50,439 nt of DNA from Nitrospirota bacterium. GTDB lineage: Bacteria; UBA2233. Below, piece after piece: positions 29,564-40,204 of the stretch (position 1 is its first letter; each line of letters starts with the position of its first letter). The notes beneath the pieces were generated by a model, which made no database searches, was not told where the DNA came from, and saw nothing but the letters and a program-made list of their open reading frames with translations. The stretch lies in NCBI GenBank assembly GCA_011620345.1, contig WOZJ01000014.1, positions 1-50,439 on the forward strand, given 5' to 3'. The translations under genes and the position numbers were made by a program.

Positions 29564-30415
29564 ATGTCGGCGGAGGCAGGGCCGAAGCGCTGCTACCTGC
29601 TAAGGCTGGCCTACGACGGGTTTGGGTTTTCCGGCTGGCAGACCCAGAAGAATGCCTCGACGCTCCAAGGGGTCCTAGAGTCTGCGCTTTCGTCCGTCTT
29701 TGACCAGCCTATCCAAGTCGTGGCGGCCGGAAGGACGGATGCGGGCGTGCATGCCCTGGATCAGGCAGTCCACTTCAAAACGTCCACGTACCGGCAGCCC
29801 CGTGCGCTCTACGAGGCGCTACGAACGATGCTTCCCCAGTGCATGAGCGTTCGCTGCGTCAACATGGTGGAGCCAGAATTTCACGCGAGGTTTTGGGCCC
29901 TTCGGAGGACGTACGTCTACTGGATCCGCTGCTCGGAAAGGCACGACCCCTTTCTTTCGCGGCTTTGTTGGCGTGTGAGCCTACCGCTTAATTTCGACGC
30001 CATCCGAAAAGGGCTGGATGCTCTCGTAGGAACCCACGATTTTTCGGCTTTTGCCGTGAAGTCGCCGGGCAGGAACCCTCGCGTGACGATGGACTTGGCA
30101 AAAGTGCTCGGCCTAGGAGGCGAGAACGTGTACTTCGTGTTCCGGGCAAGCCATTTCTTGCGTAAAATGGTGCGCATTCTGCTTGCAGGCTTGATCGAGC
30201 TTGGGCTTGGGAGGCTTGTCCTGCAGGATCTGAAGACCTCGCTCGAAACGGGCGTATTGGCCAAGCATGTTGCGCCAGCCCCTCCTGGCGGGTTATTCCT
30301 GGCCCAAGTCCTCTATCCTGCCGACGTTAGGGTGTTCGAGCGCTACCCAGCTGAGGCCGGCGATGAAAAAATTCCGGGGATTTTGTATCCGCAGGACGGA
30401 CACGTTCCGTTTTGA
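29564..30415 (+). CDS. truA: tRNA pseudouridine(38-40) synthase
   Basis: AYDG.GFSGWQ.Q, GRTDAGVHA, FHARF, GTHDFSAF, FLRKMVR, APPGGLFL. Confidence 0.95.
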   Translation: MSAEAGPKRCYLLRLAYDGFGFSGWQTQKNASTLQGVLESALSSVFDQPIQVVAAGRTDAGVHALDQAVHFKTSTYRQPRALYEALRTMLPQCMSVRCVNMVEPEFHARFWALRRTYVYWIRCSERHDPFLSRLCWRVSLPLNFDAIRKGLDALVGTHDFSAFAVKSPGRNPRVTMDLAKVLGLGGENVYFVFRASHFLRKMVRILLAGLIELGLGRLVLQDLKTSLETGVLAKHVAPAPPGGLFLAQVLYPADVRVFERYPAEAGDEKIPGILYPQDGHVPF

Positions 30416-31386
30416 AGTGATACTCTTACAGTCTGGAATCCCCTCCGCTCGATCAGGCATGTCTTACACCTTGGACAGGTGGTGTTCTCGAAACGATTCC
30501 CGGGCATGTTGCCCACGTACACGAATTGTAATCCCGCCTTTTTCCCGATTCTATAGGCTGAAATCAGTGTTTCCGTTGGCGTTGAGGGCGTGCTCGTCAT
30601 TTGGTAATCGGGGTGGAACCTAGAGACATGCCAAGGAATTTGAGGGTCGACGCTCGCCAAGAATTCCGCGATCTCTCCTAGCTCCAGCTCAGAATCGTTC
30701 AACCCAGGGACCACGAGGGTGGTCACTTCGAGGAAAATCCCGAGCGCCTTCATCTCCTTGATACTCTCGAGCACGGGCTCAAGCTTTGCCCCCATGACTC
30801 TTCGATAGCGTTTGTCGTCGAAGCCTTTGAGGTCGACGTTGGCCGCAGCCAGGTAGGGTGCGAACGTCTGCAACATTTTTTGGGTCATGTAGCCGTTGGT
30901 GACGTACAGGCTAAGAATCCCTTCTTCATCGGCCAGTCTTGCCGTGTCGAAGGTGTACTCGAAAAAGATTGTCGGCTCTGAATAGGTGTATGCCACCGTC
31001 TGGCAGCCGGATTGCTTGGCCAGCCTCACGACCTCTTTGGGCGGGAGGTCCCTTCCGAACGCCTCGACACCGCGTTTTTGCGAAATATCCCAATTCTGGC
31101 AAAACGCACACCGGAAATTGCATCCGATCGTGGCGATTGAGAACGAACGCGTCCCCGGCAGGACATGAAAAAATGGCTTTTTTTCGATCGGGTCGATCGC
31201 CGAGGCAATCGCCTTGCCGTAAACGAGCGTATAGAGCTTATTCCCGATACGCTTTCGCACTCCACAAATCCCGAGCCTGCCGTCTTTTAGCTTGCAGTAA
31301 TGTGCGCAGAGCTCGCAAACGAGCATTTCCCCTTCCTGCCGGTAGAGCATCGCCTCTATCGGGGGCAAGCCGCTCTCAGTATTCAT
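30343..31386 (-). CDS. AmmeMemoRadiSam-system radical SAM enzyme
   Basis: N-terminal CELC..C...G.CGVR, DPIEKKP, CNFRCAFCQN (CX3CX2C), AYTYSEP, HVSRFHPDY, C-terminal CPxC...CPxCG. Confidence 0.9.
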   Translation of the reverse strand: MNTESGLPPIEAMLYRQEGEMLVCELCAHYCKLKDGRLGICGVRKRIGNKLYTLVYGKAIASAIDPIEKKPFFHVLPGTRSFSIATIGCNFRCAFCQNWDISQKRGVEAFGRDLPPKEVVRLAKQSGCQTVAYTYSEPTIFFEYTFDTARLADEEGILSLYVTNGYMTQKMLQTFAPYLAAANVDLKGFDDKRYRRVMGAKLEPVLESIKEMKALGIFLEVTTLVVPGLNDSELELGEIAEFLASVDPQIPWHVSRFHPDYQMTSTPSTPTETLISAYRIGKKAGLQFVYVGNMPGNRFENTTCPRCKTCLIERRGFQTVRVSLQNGTCPSCGYKIPGIFSSPASAG

Positions 31387-31506
31387 TGTTGCTCCCCTAC
31401 TTATCTTATTTGGACTTTGTTGGGCTTGAGCTTGGCGAAGGCCCTTCTTTTATTTTAATATAGTTGACGTCCGTTTCGTGGCGTTAACGAAGCGTTCCAC
31501 AGAGCA

Positions 31507-33051
31507 ATGACGGGAGCAATGATGCGATCTTTCTTTGTTTGCCTACTGGCCGGGTTTTTGGCGTCCTTGGGAGGTTGCCTAGCCAGCCAGAAGCGTCCTA
31601 CCTTCCAGGGGCCGAAATCCGTTCAGGTTCTCTATTCTGGGGATGTGCGCGGTGAGGTGGAGCCCTGCGGCTGTGCGACGGGCCAAAAGGGTGGCATCCC
31701 TAGACGTGCGAGTTTTATCCGGCAGGCGCTCCAGAAGAACCCAGCCACGCTGGTTTTCGATACGGGAAACGCGTTCAACGGTTCGGATGCTCAAAACCCT
31801 TTCTTGGGCCCGCTCATCGAGAAGAAGGCACGGTTTATCGTTGAAGCCATGAATGAGATGGGCTACTCGGCCTATACTCCCGGCGTTTATGACCTCGCGC
31901 TCGGAAAAGAAAGGCTCTCGAACCTGCTTCAAGGGGCTTCTTTTACCGTTTTGGAGTCTACCAAAGAAAAAGACCTCCCTAATGCCAAGGGAGACCTCTT
32001 TGGGGATTTGTTTGGAATCGGGATGAATGTCGGCGTCGTAGGGTTCGCCTTGTCAGAAAACCCTAGCCGCGACGCGCTCGGTGCGTTTGAAAAGGGGTTT
32101 TCGACGGCCGTTCAAAGTCTGAAGAAAAAAGGCGCAGGGCTTGCCATTGTCCTTTATTCCGGCCCCTACCGCTACCTGGATTCGCAAATAATTCAAGGTG
32201 TGCCGCTGAACACGCTTGTTTTGCTCTCCTACGAAGGCGCCATGTGGCCAAAGCCAAAGGTGTTAGGAGGCGGCCGGGTGCTGCTTGTCTCAATCCCCAA
32301 AGAGGGCCAGCAGATGGGGCAAGTCGAGCTTGTTCTTTCCGACCCAAGCCAGCCTTTTGTTCCAAGGCTCGAGTGGATGTTTGCCTTTTACAAAAGGCGA
32401 ATGTTCGAAGCGGCCTTACAAAAAAAAGACCTTAAGAACCGTCCTCTTGTAGAGCAGCGGCTCGAGCTGGCCAGAGCAGAAACAGAGGGGCTGGAAAAGA
32501 AGAATCTCTTTGATTGGCAAGTGGTCCCGTTGGATTGGCGTTTTATAGAGGACCCGAAGATGAAGGCGGGAGTGGATGCGCTTAAGGCCCAGATTCAGCA
32601 GGCATACGCTCGTCAACTAGCTTTGGCCACGACAGCGGCCGAGCGCGAAAAGGACGGCGAAAAAGCCTTGTCCGACAAAGACTGCAAGTCCTGCCACCAG
32701 GAGGCGTGGTCTGCATGGTCGCATACCTCTCATGCAAAGGCGTTTGCTACGCTCATCGAGAAGAAGGTCGATACAAACCCGGAATGCGTTGCCTGCCATT
32801 CTACGGGGTTTGACAAGGAGCTTAGGCTACTTGAGCTTAAAGATGGCACTGCAAAACCAAACGTGCTTTGTAGCGCCTGCCATGGCCATCGGCCCATGCA
32901 CCTGAAGGATCCCAAAGGCTATCCGATGGAAACGGGCGCTCGAAGGACGGTGTGCATCGGATGTCACGATCCAAAGAACAGCCCCGGGTTCGTATTTGGC
33001 CCGTACATCCAGGCCATACGGTGCGATCGTGAGGGCAAAAAGAGCCTATAG
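31507..33051 (+). CDS. Lipoprotein: degenerate UshA/5'-nucleotidase-like domain fused to a tetraheme c554-like cytochrome
   Basis: Lipobox LGGC; GEVEPCGC...GG..RR; four CxxCH motifs (CKSCH, CVACH, CSACH, CIGCH). Confidence 0.8.
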   Translation: MTGAMMRSFFVCLLAGFLASLGGCLASQKRPTFQGPKSVQVLYSGDVRGEVEPCGCATGQKGGIPRRASFIRQALQKNPATLVFDTGNAFNGSDAQNPFLGPLIEKKARFIVEAMNEMGYSAYTPGVYDLALGKERLSNLLQGASFTVLESTKEKDLPNAKGDLFGDLFGIGMNVGVVGFALSENPSRDALGAFEKGFSTAVQSLKKKGAGLAIVLYSGPYRYLDSQIIQGVPLNTLVLLSYEGAMWPKPKVLGGGRVLLVSIPKEGQQMGQVELVLSDPSQPFVPRLEWMFAFYKRRMFEAALQKKDLKNRPLVEQRLELARAETEGLEKKNLFDWQVVPLDWRFIEDPKMKAGVDALKAQIQQAYARQLALATTAAEREKDGEKALSDKDCKSCHQEAWSAWSHTSHAKAFATLIEKKVDTNPECVACHSTGFDKELRLLELKDGTAKPNVLCSACHGHRPMHLKDPKGYPMETGARRTVCIGCHDPKNSPGFVFGPYIQAIRCDREGKKSL

Positions 33052-33114
33052 CCCAAATCCTGGCTGGGTCGTATACTAAACCTTTTTAAGAACATGTCAA
33101 ATTAGGAATTGGCA

Positions 33115-33561
33115 ATGGCACCAAAGGTCTTTCCCGATTGGACGGTTTTTATTCAGATGGCGATCTTTCTTCTGGCCTACCTTGTAGTGAAGGTGCTGGT
33201 GATCCGTCCTTATTCGAGGCTTAAAGGCTTTCGCGAGGGACTGACGTCGAAACGGATCGAAGAAGCACAGGCGCTCGTTCAGAAAGCAGAGGCGCTGAAG
33301 GCCTCCTACGAGGCCAGCCTTACTGATGTCAGAAAAGAAGCGGACAGCAATCGGGATGCTATTTTCAAGGGGTATGAGCAGAAAGCCCGCGGGGTTGAGG
33401 CACAAGCGAAAAAAGAGCTCCATGACTTGCTTCAGCTTCGGCAAAAACAGATTCAGGAAAGTCTTGAGGCGATGGAATCTCAGTTTCGCGGCAACAAAGA
33501 GTTGCTAAAGCAGCTGTTCTTTGAAGTCTTGACGGGCAAACGGCCGAAGAGGATGGGTTAA
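33115..33561 (+). CDS. ATP synthase F0 subunit b'
   Basis: PDWTVFIQMAIF single TM plus long charged coiled coil; first gene of the atp cluster. Confidence 0.85.
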   Translation: MAPKVFPDWTVFIQMAIFLLAYLVVKVLVIRPYSRLKGFREGLTSKRIEEAQALVQKAEALKASYEASLTDVRKEADSNRDAIFKGYEQKARGVEAQAKKELHDLLQLRQKQIQESLEAMESQFRGNKELLKQLFFEVLTGKRPKRMG

Positions 33562-34061
33562 TGGAGGGGATTTGGTCGCTGGCTCCTGGTTTTTTGAACC
33601 TTGCACTGTTCGTGGGGATCGTAGCGTATTTCGCCAAGGGCGCGATCCGGGGGTTCTTCCAGCAAAGGGCCGATGGGGTGGCCGCCTCTATCAAGGAGGC
33701 CACCAGAGCGTACGAAGAGGCGCGTTCCAGCTTAGAGCTCTGGGAGAAAAAACACGCCATGCTCGAGGCGGAAGCGAGGACAATCCTCGAACACGCCGAA
33801 AAAAGGGCTCGAAGTACTGGGGAAGAATTAGTCCGTCAGGCCGAGGCGTACTCAAGGCGCATGCTCGAGGAAGCGAGGCTTAGGATGGAGACCAACGAGC
33901 GGGATGCGCTCGAAGCAAGGAGGCGTACGTTCTTGAAGCAGCTTATTGGAGAGCTCAAAGGGGTGTTCAAGGAGAGGCTTAGCGAAGACGAGCGGTATGT
34001 GCTCGTTCGGTCCGCGATCGGACGGCTAGCCAGCCTTCAGCAAGAGAGGGGAAAAGGATGA
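33561..34061 (+). CDS. atpF: ATP synthase F0 subunit b
   Basis: LNLALFVGIVAYF TM, FF..R...I motif, coiled coil; synteny. Confidence 0.85.
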   Translation: MEGIWSLAPGFLNLALFVGIVAYFAKGAIRGFFQQRADGVAASIKEATRAYEEARSSLELWEKKHAMLEAEARTILEHAEKRARSTGEELVRQAEAYSRRMLEEARLRMETNERDALEARRRTFLKQLIGELKGVFKERLSEDERYVLVRSAIGRLASLQQERGKG

Positions 34062-34606
34062 CCCCGAAAGCCAGGAGGGCGCTCAAGAAGCTCGCCCGGG
34101 TCTTACTCGATATGGCAAATGCCAAGGGTAAGGCAGACGAGTATGAGGCGTCTCTAGGAGAGGTTGAAAAGGTCTTTAAAGGGCAGCCCAACATCGCAAA
34201 GTTCCTAGATGCTCCGATCTTCGAGCTTAAAGAGCGGACGGATACGGTGCGTCTTTTGGCTGGGCCTTTGAACCTGGACGATTTGCTCGTAAAAACGCTA
34301 GAACTTCTGGTGGAACAATCGCTGCTGTACGCAATATCGGATTTTGTCGGGATGTACTCCGCCCTCCTGATGGAGCGTAAGGGCATTCTCGAAGTCGAAG
34401 TCGTTACGTCCGCGCCGCTCAAGCAGGCGGATCGGGACGCGATCCTTGATGCCCTTAAGCTCTTGTACCCCGGCTTGAGCCTGCATCTAAAAGAGGTGCG
34501 GGATCCTGAGCTGCTCGGAGGGTTTGTCCTGTATGTAGAGGACCGGGAGGTGGATCTGTCGCTTTTGGGCGAGTTGGACCAGTTGTTGTCATGGATGATG
34601 GCCTAA
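34058..34606 (+). CDS. atpH: ATP synthase F1 delta subunit
   Basis: EVVTSAPL, DPELLGGF...D.S C-terminal motif; directly before atpA. Confidence 0.88.
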   Translation: MTPKARRALKKLARVLLDMANAKGKADEYEASLGEVEKVFKGQPNIAKFLDAPIFELKERTDTVRLLAGPLNLDDLLVKTLELLVEQSLLYAISDFVGMYSALLMERKGILEVEVVTSAPLKQADRDAILDALKLLYPGLSLHLKEVRDPELLGGFVLYVEDREVDLSLLGELDQLLSWMMA

Positions 34607-34618
34607 GGAGTTGTTCGC

Positions 34619-36130
34619 ATGCAATCGAAAACGCTAGATTTCACCGAGCAAATTAAGCAGAAACTCATGGGGTTCGAAGCGAGGCTCGAGATTGCCGAGA
34701 AGGGCAAGGTCTTGAGCATAGGGGATGGCATTGCAAGGGTCTATGGACTCAACAATGCCATGTCGTCAGAGCTGCTAGAGTTCCCAGAAAAGACCATCGG
34801 GCTCGTCTTGAACCTCGAGGAAGACCAGGTTGGCGTTGCGCTGCTGGGGTATTACGCCCACATCAGGGAGGGGGATGAGGTCAAGCGGACAGGACAAATC
34901 CTCGAAGTGCCGGTTGGCGAAGAGCTGCTCGGCAGGGTTGTCGACCCTTTGGGCAGGCCGCTTGATGGGAAGGGAGAAATCCAGACCAAGGTTCATTTGA
35001 GGGCGGACGTGATAGCTCCAGGCATCGTCGTGAGGCAGCCCGTCAAGGAGCCGTTGCAAACCGGGATCAAGGCCATTGATGCGATGATCCCGATCGGCCG
35101 TGGCCAGCGGGAGCTGATCATAGGCGATCGCCAGACGGGAAAAACCGCTCTGGTGGTCGATACAATCTTAAACCAGAAGGATACGGGCGTATTTTGCATT
35201 TATGTGGCCGTTGGCCAGAAGCAATCGACAGTCGCGCAGGTGGTGGACAGGCTAAGACAGGCGGGCGCGCTCGAGTACACGATCGTCGTTGCCGCAAATG
35301 CATCCGACTCGGCGACCCTCCAATACCTAGCCCCGTTTGCTGGGTGTGCGATGGGCGAGTACTTCAGGGATAACGGCAAGCACGCGCTCATCGTGTACGA
35401 CGATCTCTCCAAGCATGCCGTGGCCTATAGACAGCTTTCGTTGCTTTTGAGGCGTCCTCCGGGACGCGAGGCATATCCGGGCGATGTCTTCTACCTCCAT
35501 TCCCGCCTCTTGGAACGGGCTGCCAAGCTCAACGAGGAAAAGGGCGGCGGGTCGCTCACAGCCTTGCCGATCGTCGAGACCCAGGCGGGCGATATCTCGT
35601 CCTACATCCCGACGAACGTGATTTCGATTACCGACGGACAAATTTTCCTCGAATCGGACCTATTCTATGCTGGGATACGCCCTGCCGTAAACGTAGGGCT
35701 TTCTGTGAGCCGCGTGGGTGGGTCTGCCCAGATCAAGGCCATGAAGCAGGTGGCGGGGAGGCTACGCTTGGAGCTTGCCCAGTACCGAGAACTGGCCGCC
35801 TTCGCCCAGTTTGGGTCCGATTTGGACAAAGCGACGCTGGCCCAGCTAAAGCGCGGAGAGCGGCTTGTCGAAGTTCTCAAACAGAAGCAATATGCCCCCT
35901 TGCCCGTAGAAAAGCAGGTGGTCATGATCTTCAGCGCTGTCAACGGGTTTTTAGACGATCTCGCTGTCAATACACTCGGCCGTTACGAACAAGAACTCCA
36001 CGCCTACATTGAAGAGCGGGACCCCAAGCTTTTCGAGGAGATTCGAACCAAAAAAGAGCTTTCTAAAGAGCTTGAAGCAAGGCTCAAAGAAAGAATCGGC
36101 GCTTTTACCGAAGATTTCAAGAAAGCCTAA
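34619..36130 (+). CDS. atpA: ATP synthase F1 alpha subunit
   Basis: [44 protein letters not shown]. Confidence 0.98.
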   Translation: MQSKTLDFTEQIKQKLMGFEARLEIAEKGKVLSIGDGIARVYGLNNAMSSELLEFPEKTIGLVLNLEEDQVGVALLGYYAHIREGDEVKRTGQILEVPVGEELLGRVVDPLGRPLDGKGEIQTKVHLRADVIAPGIVVRQPVKEPLQTGIKAIDAMIPIGRGQRELIIGDRQTGKTALVVDTILNQKDTGVFCIYVAVGQKQSTVAQVVDRLRQAGALEYTIVVAANASDSATLQYLAPFAGCAMGEYFRDNGKHALIVYDDLSKHAVAYRQLSLLLRRPPGREAYPGDVFYLHSRLLERAAKLNEEKGGGSLTALPIVETQAGDISSYIPTNVISITDGQIFLESDLFYAGIRPAVNVGLSVSRVGGSAQIKAMKQVAGRLRLELAQYRELAAFAQFGSDLDKATLAQLKRGERLVEVLKQKQYAPLPVEKQVVMIFSAVNGFLDDLAVNTLGRYEQELHAYIEERDPKLFEEIRTKKELSKELEARLKERIGAFTEDFKKA

Positions 36131-36139
36131 GGCAGAGCC

Positions 36140-37042
36140 ATGCCGAACTTAAGAGCGATCCTAAGAAGGATCCAAAGCATCCGGAATACCGGACAGATTA
36201 CGAAGGCAATGCAGATGGTGGCGGCCTCGAAGCTCAAGGGCGCGCAATCTCGGGTTGAGCATGCCAGGCCCTACGCGCTCGCTTTAAGAGAAGTAGTCGG
36301 CCGGCTATCAAGCTACGCTTTAGATGCCCCAGAGGGCAACGAAAAGCCGCTCCACCCCTTTCTAAAAATTCCAAAAGAGGACGCACCGAAGCTTTTCGTC
36401 GTACTGGCCTCCGACCGAGGGCTTTGCGGAGCGTTTAACGCAAACCTCTTGCGATTTGCGCATGCTCAGGTCGCTACGGAACGTCGACAGGATCAAGATG
36501 TCCAGGTGTATGCCGTCGGGAAGAAGGCGCTCGATTACTTCCAACGTCGAGGCGTTTCTATCACCAAGCGGTACCTTGGTGCGACTGGATCTCCTTCTTA
36601 TGCCTCGGCGCAATCTATGGTAGACGAAATTGTCGAGCTGTTCACTTCTGGACAGTTCTCTGGAGTCGAGCTCGTTTTTACGCGATTCCGCTCGATCGCC
36701 TCGCACGTTCCTACGAGGGTCAGACTTTTGCCCATCCAGGGGGTTGAGAAGGAAGCTGTGGCCCAAGAGGGCGCCCCTAAGTGGGAATATATGTTCGAAC
36801 CCGACCGAGACGGGGTTCTTGGCGCGCTGCTTCCGCGATACGTGACCGTTGTCTTGTTCCAGGCGCTCCTGGAGAGCTCGGCAAGCGAGCATGCGGCAAG
36901 GATGATGGCTATGGAGAACTCCAACAAAAACGCCAAAGAAATGATCGAAAGGCTTACGCTCGAATTCAATAAAACCAGGCAGGCTACGATTACAAAGGAA
37001 CTTACGGAGATTGTCGGCGGCAAGGAAGCGCTGGAGGGTTAA
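36140..37042 (+). CDS. atpG: ATP synthase F1 gamma subunit
   Basis: ITKAMQMVAASK, SDRGLCGAFN, SEHAARMMAM, RQATITKELTEIVGG. Confidence 0.98.
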   Translation: MPNLRAILRRIQSIRNTGQITKAMQMVAASKLKGAQSRVEHARPYALALREVVGRLSSYALDAPEGNEKPLHPFLKIPKEDAPKLFVVLASDRGLCGAFNANLLRFAHAQVATERRQDQDVQVYAVGKKALDYFQRRGVSITKRYLGATGSPSYASAQSMVDEIVELFTSGQFSGVELVFTRFRSIASHVPTRVRLLPIQGVEKEAVAQEGAPKWEYMFEPDRDGVLGALLPRYVTVVLFQALLESSASEHAARMMAMENSNKNAKEMIERLTLEFNKTRQATITKELTEIVGGKEALEG

Positions 37043-38488
<1,446 letters not shown>

Positions 38489-38503
38489 GGCGGGGTCGCA
38501 GAC

Positions 38504-38926
38504 ATGGCCGACCAGATTCCCGAAAAGCTTCAGTTGAAGCTGTATACGCCCGAAAAGAAGATTGTCGAGGCCGAAGTCCACGAGGTCATAGCTCCTGGTA
38601 TCGAGGGTGAGTTCGGGGTGTTGCCGGGCCACATTCCATTCATCACCGCGCTGAAGATCGGCGAGCTGACATTCCGGACCGGGCAAAAGGTAGAGCGTCT
38701 TGCCGTGGCCTGGGGATACGCCGAAGTCCTGCCCGAGCAGGTGACGATCCTTGCCGAAACGGCAGAGCTAGCGAGCCAAATCGACGTTGAAAGGGCCATC
38801 CGGGCGAAGGAACGGGCCGAAGCGCAGCTTAGGAAGCTCTCCTTGGAAGAGAAAGAATACGCCCAAGCCCTTGTCTCGCTCCAGCGGGCGATCAACCGCA
38901 TTCAAGTCGCAAGCAAGGGGCGCTAG
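38504..38926 (+). CDS. atpC: ATP synthase F1 epsilon subunit
   Basis: TPE, GEFGVLPGH, GYAEV, IDVERA. Confidence 0.96.
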   Translation: MADQIPEKLQLKLYTPEKKIVEAEVHEVIAPGIEGEFGVLPGHIPFITALKIGELTFRTGQKVERLAVAWGYAEVLPEQVTILAETAELASQIDVERAIRAKERAEAQLRKLSLEEKEYAQALVSLQRAINRIQVASKGR

Positions 38927-38932
38927 GATCCT

Positions 38933-40201
38933 ATGGATCGCCGACCGGGGGGCGCCTTTCGTGGCGTCCTCTTCTTGGAGCTAGAGACCTTTCCGTTGGC
39001 GATTCAGCCCATCCTTGGGTCTCCTTTGGTCTTTGGGCCTTTTCGTGCGCTCAAGGATGTGCTTGGGGAAGAAGAGGTCGGTGTTGCGGCGCCGCAGGAT
39101 AAACAGTCGTACTTGGAGCGGATGCTTGGGCTTACCTCTCCGCTCATTCCTGTCATGCCAGGCCAAGATGCGCTAATGGCATGCCTTCTTAGCATTTCCC
39201 CGGCCCAAAAAGGTCCTTTCGTGCTCCTTTCAGGGACCCTTCCGTTTTTAAGCTCCGGCGCCTTGGGCGTATGTCTTGATAGGCACGCAAGCGAAGGAGC
39301 TTTTGCTTCGGTCCTGATCGTCAAGGGACCCGAGGAGCAAGAAGGCGCATCCTTGAGGATCGGGGGGGCTATTTTGAACGATCTTGGTCCATTTCCACAT
39401 GCGGAAACCTTTAAAGAGCTCTTGGGCGTTTGGGATGCCTTGGGAAAGCGCGTGAATTATGTAAAGCTCGAACCGCCCGACGGGTTAGATGTGAGATTTC
39501 CCGGCGAGGTTTTATGGGCGTTTGACCGGGCAAGGCGGCTTAGGCTCGAAGCGCTCCTGAATTCGGGTGTGCTGTTTGAAGACCCGAACTCTGCGCATAT
39601 CGAATCCTCCGTTACTATCGAAAAGGGCGTTCGTATTGGCAAAGGGGTGGTGCTTCAAGGAAAGACAAGCCTTGGCGAAGGTGTGTGTATAGGCCCCTAC
39701 TGCATCCTAAAAGACGCCGTGCTTCATCGTGAGGTGGAAGTTTTGGCACACAGCGTGTTAGAGGGCTGCGAAGTGATGGAAAAGGCCAAGGTTGGCCCGT
39801 TTGCCAGGGTTCGGCCGGAAACCGTTATCGGAAAGCGCGCCAGCGTTGGTAACTTTGTCGAGCTTAAAAAAACTACGCTCGGCGAGGGGGTGAAGGCGAA
39901 CCACCTGAGCTATTTGGGCGATTGCGAGGTTGGAGCCTTTAGCAACATAGGGGCCGGCGTGATCACGTGTAATTTTGATGGCGTGCGCAAGCATCGGACG
40001 AGGATTGCAGAGCATGCGTTTATAGGGTCCGACTGCCAGCTCGTGGCTCCCGTAGAGATCGGGCACCATGCCTACATCGGGGCCGGCTCCACAATCACCC
40101 GGGATGTTCCGGCCCGGGCCTTGGCCGTCAGGCGTGCCAAGCTTAGGTCTGTCCTTGATTGGGCGAGCCCGAAAGCGAGCGAAGACGAGCGGGAGGGGTA
40201 G
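38933..40201 (+). CDS. glmU: GlmU-like protein: intact acetyltransferase beta-helix, degenerate N-terminal uridyltransferase domain
   Basis: C-half [48 protein letters not shown]; atpC-glmU-glmS synteny; N-half lacks LAAGxGTRM. Confidence 0.85.
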   Translation: MDRRPGGAFRGVLFLELETFPLAIQPILGSPLVFGPFRALKDVLGEEEVGVAAPQDKQSYLERMLGLTSPLIPVMPGQDALMACLLSISPAQKGPFVLLSGTLPFLSSGALGVCLDRHASEGAFASVLIVKGPEEQEGASLRIGGAILNDLGPFPHAETFKELLGVWDALGKRVNYVKLEPPDGLDVRFPGEVLWAFDRARRLRLEALLNSGVLFEDPNSAHIESSVTIEKGVRIGKGVVLQGKTSLGEGVCIGPYCILKDAVLHREVEVLAHSVLEGCEVMEKAKVGPFARVRPETVIGKRASVGNFVELKKTTLGEGVKANHLSYLGDCEVGAFSNIGAGVITCNFDGVRKHRTRIAEHAFIGSDCQLVAPVEIGHHAYIGAGSTITRDVPARALAVRRAKLRSVLDWASPKASEDEREG

Positions 40202-40204
40202 GGC

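Noticed and set aside
31660..31720. Selenocysteine recoding in the cytochrome CGC motif
   Set aside because: Codons are TGC-GGC-TGT, with no in-frame TGA and no convincing SECIS
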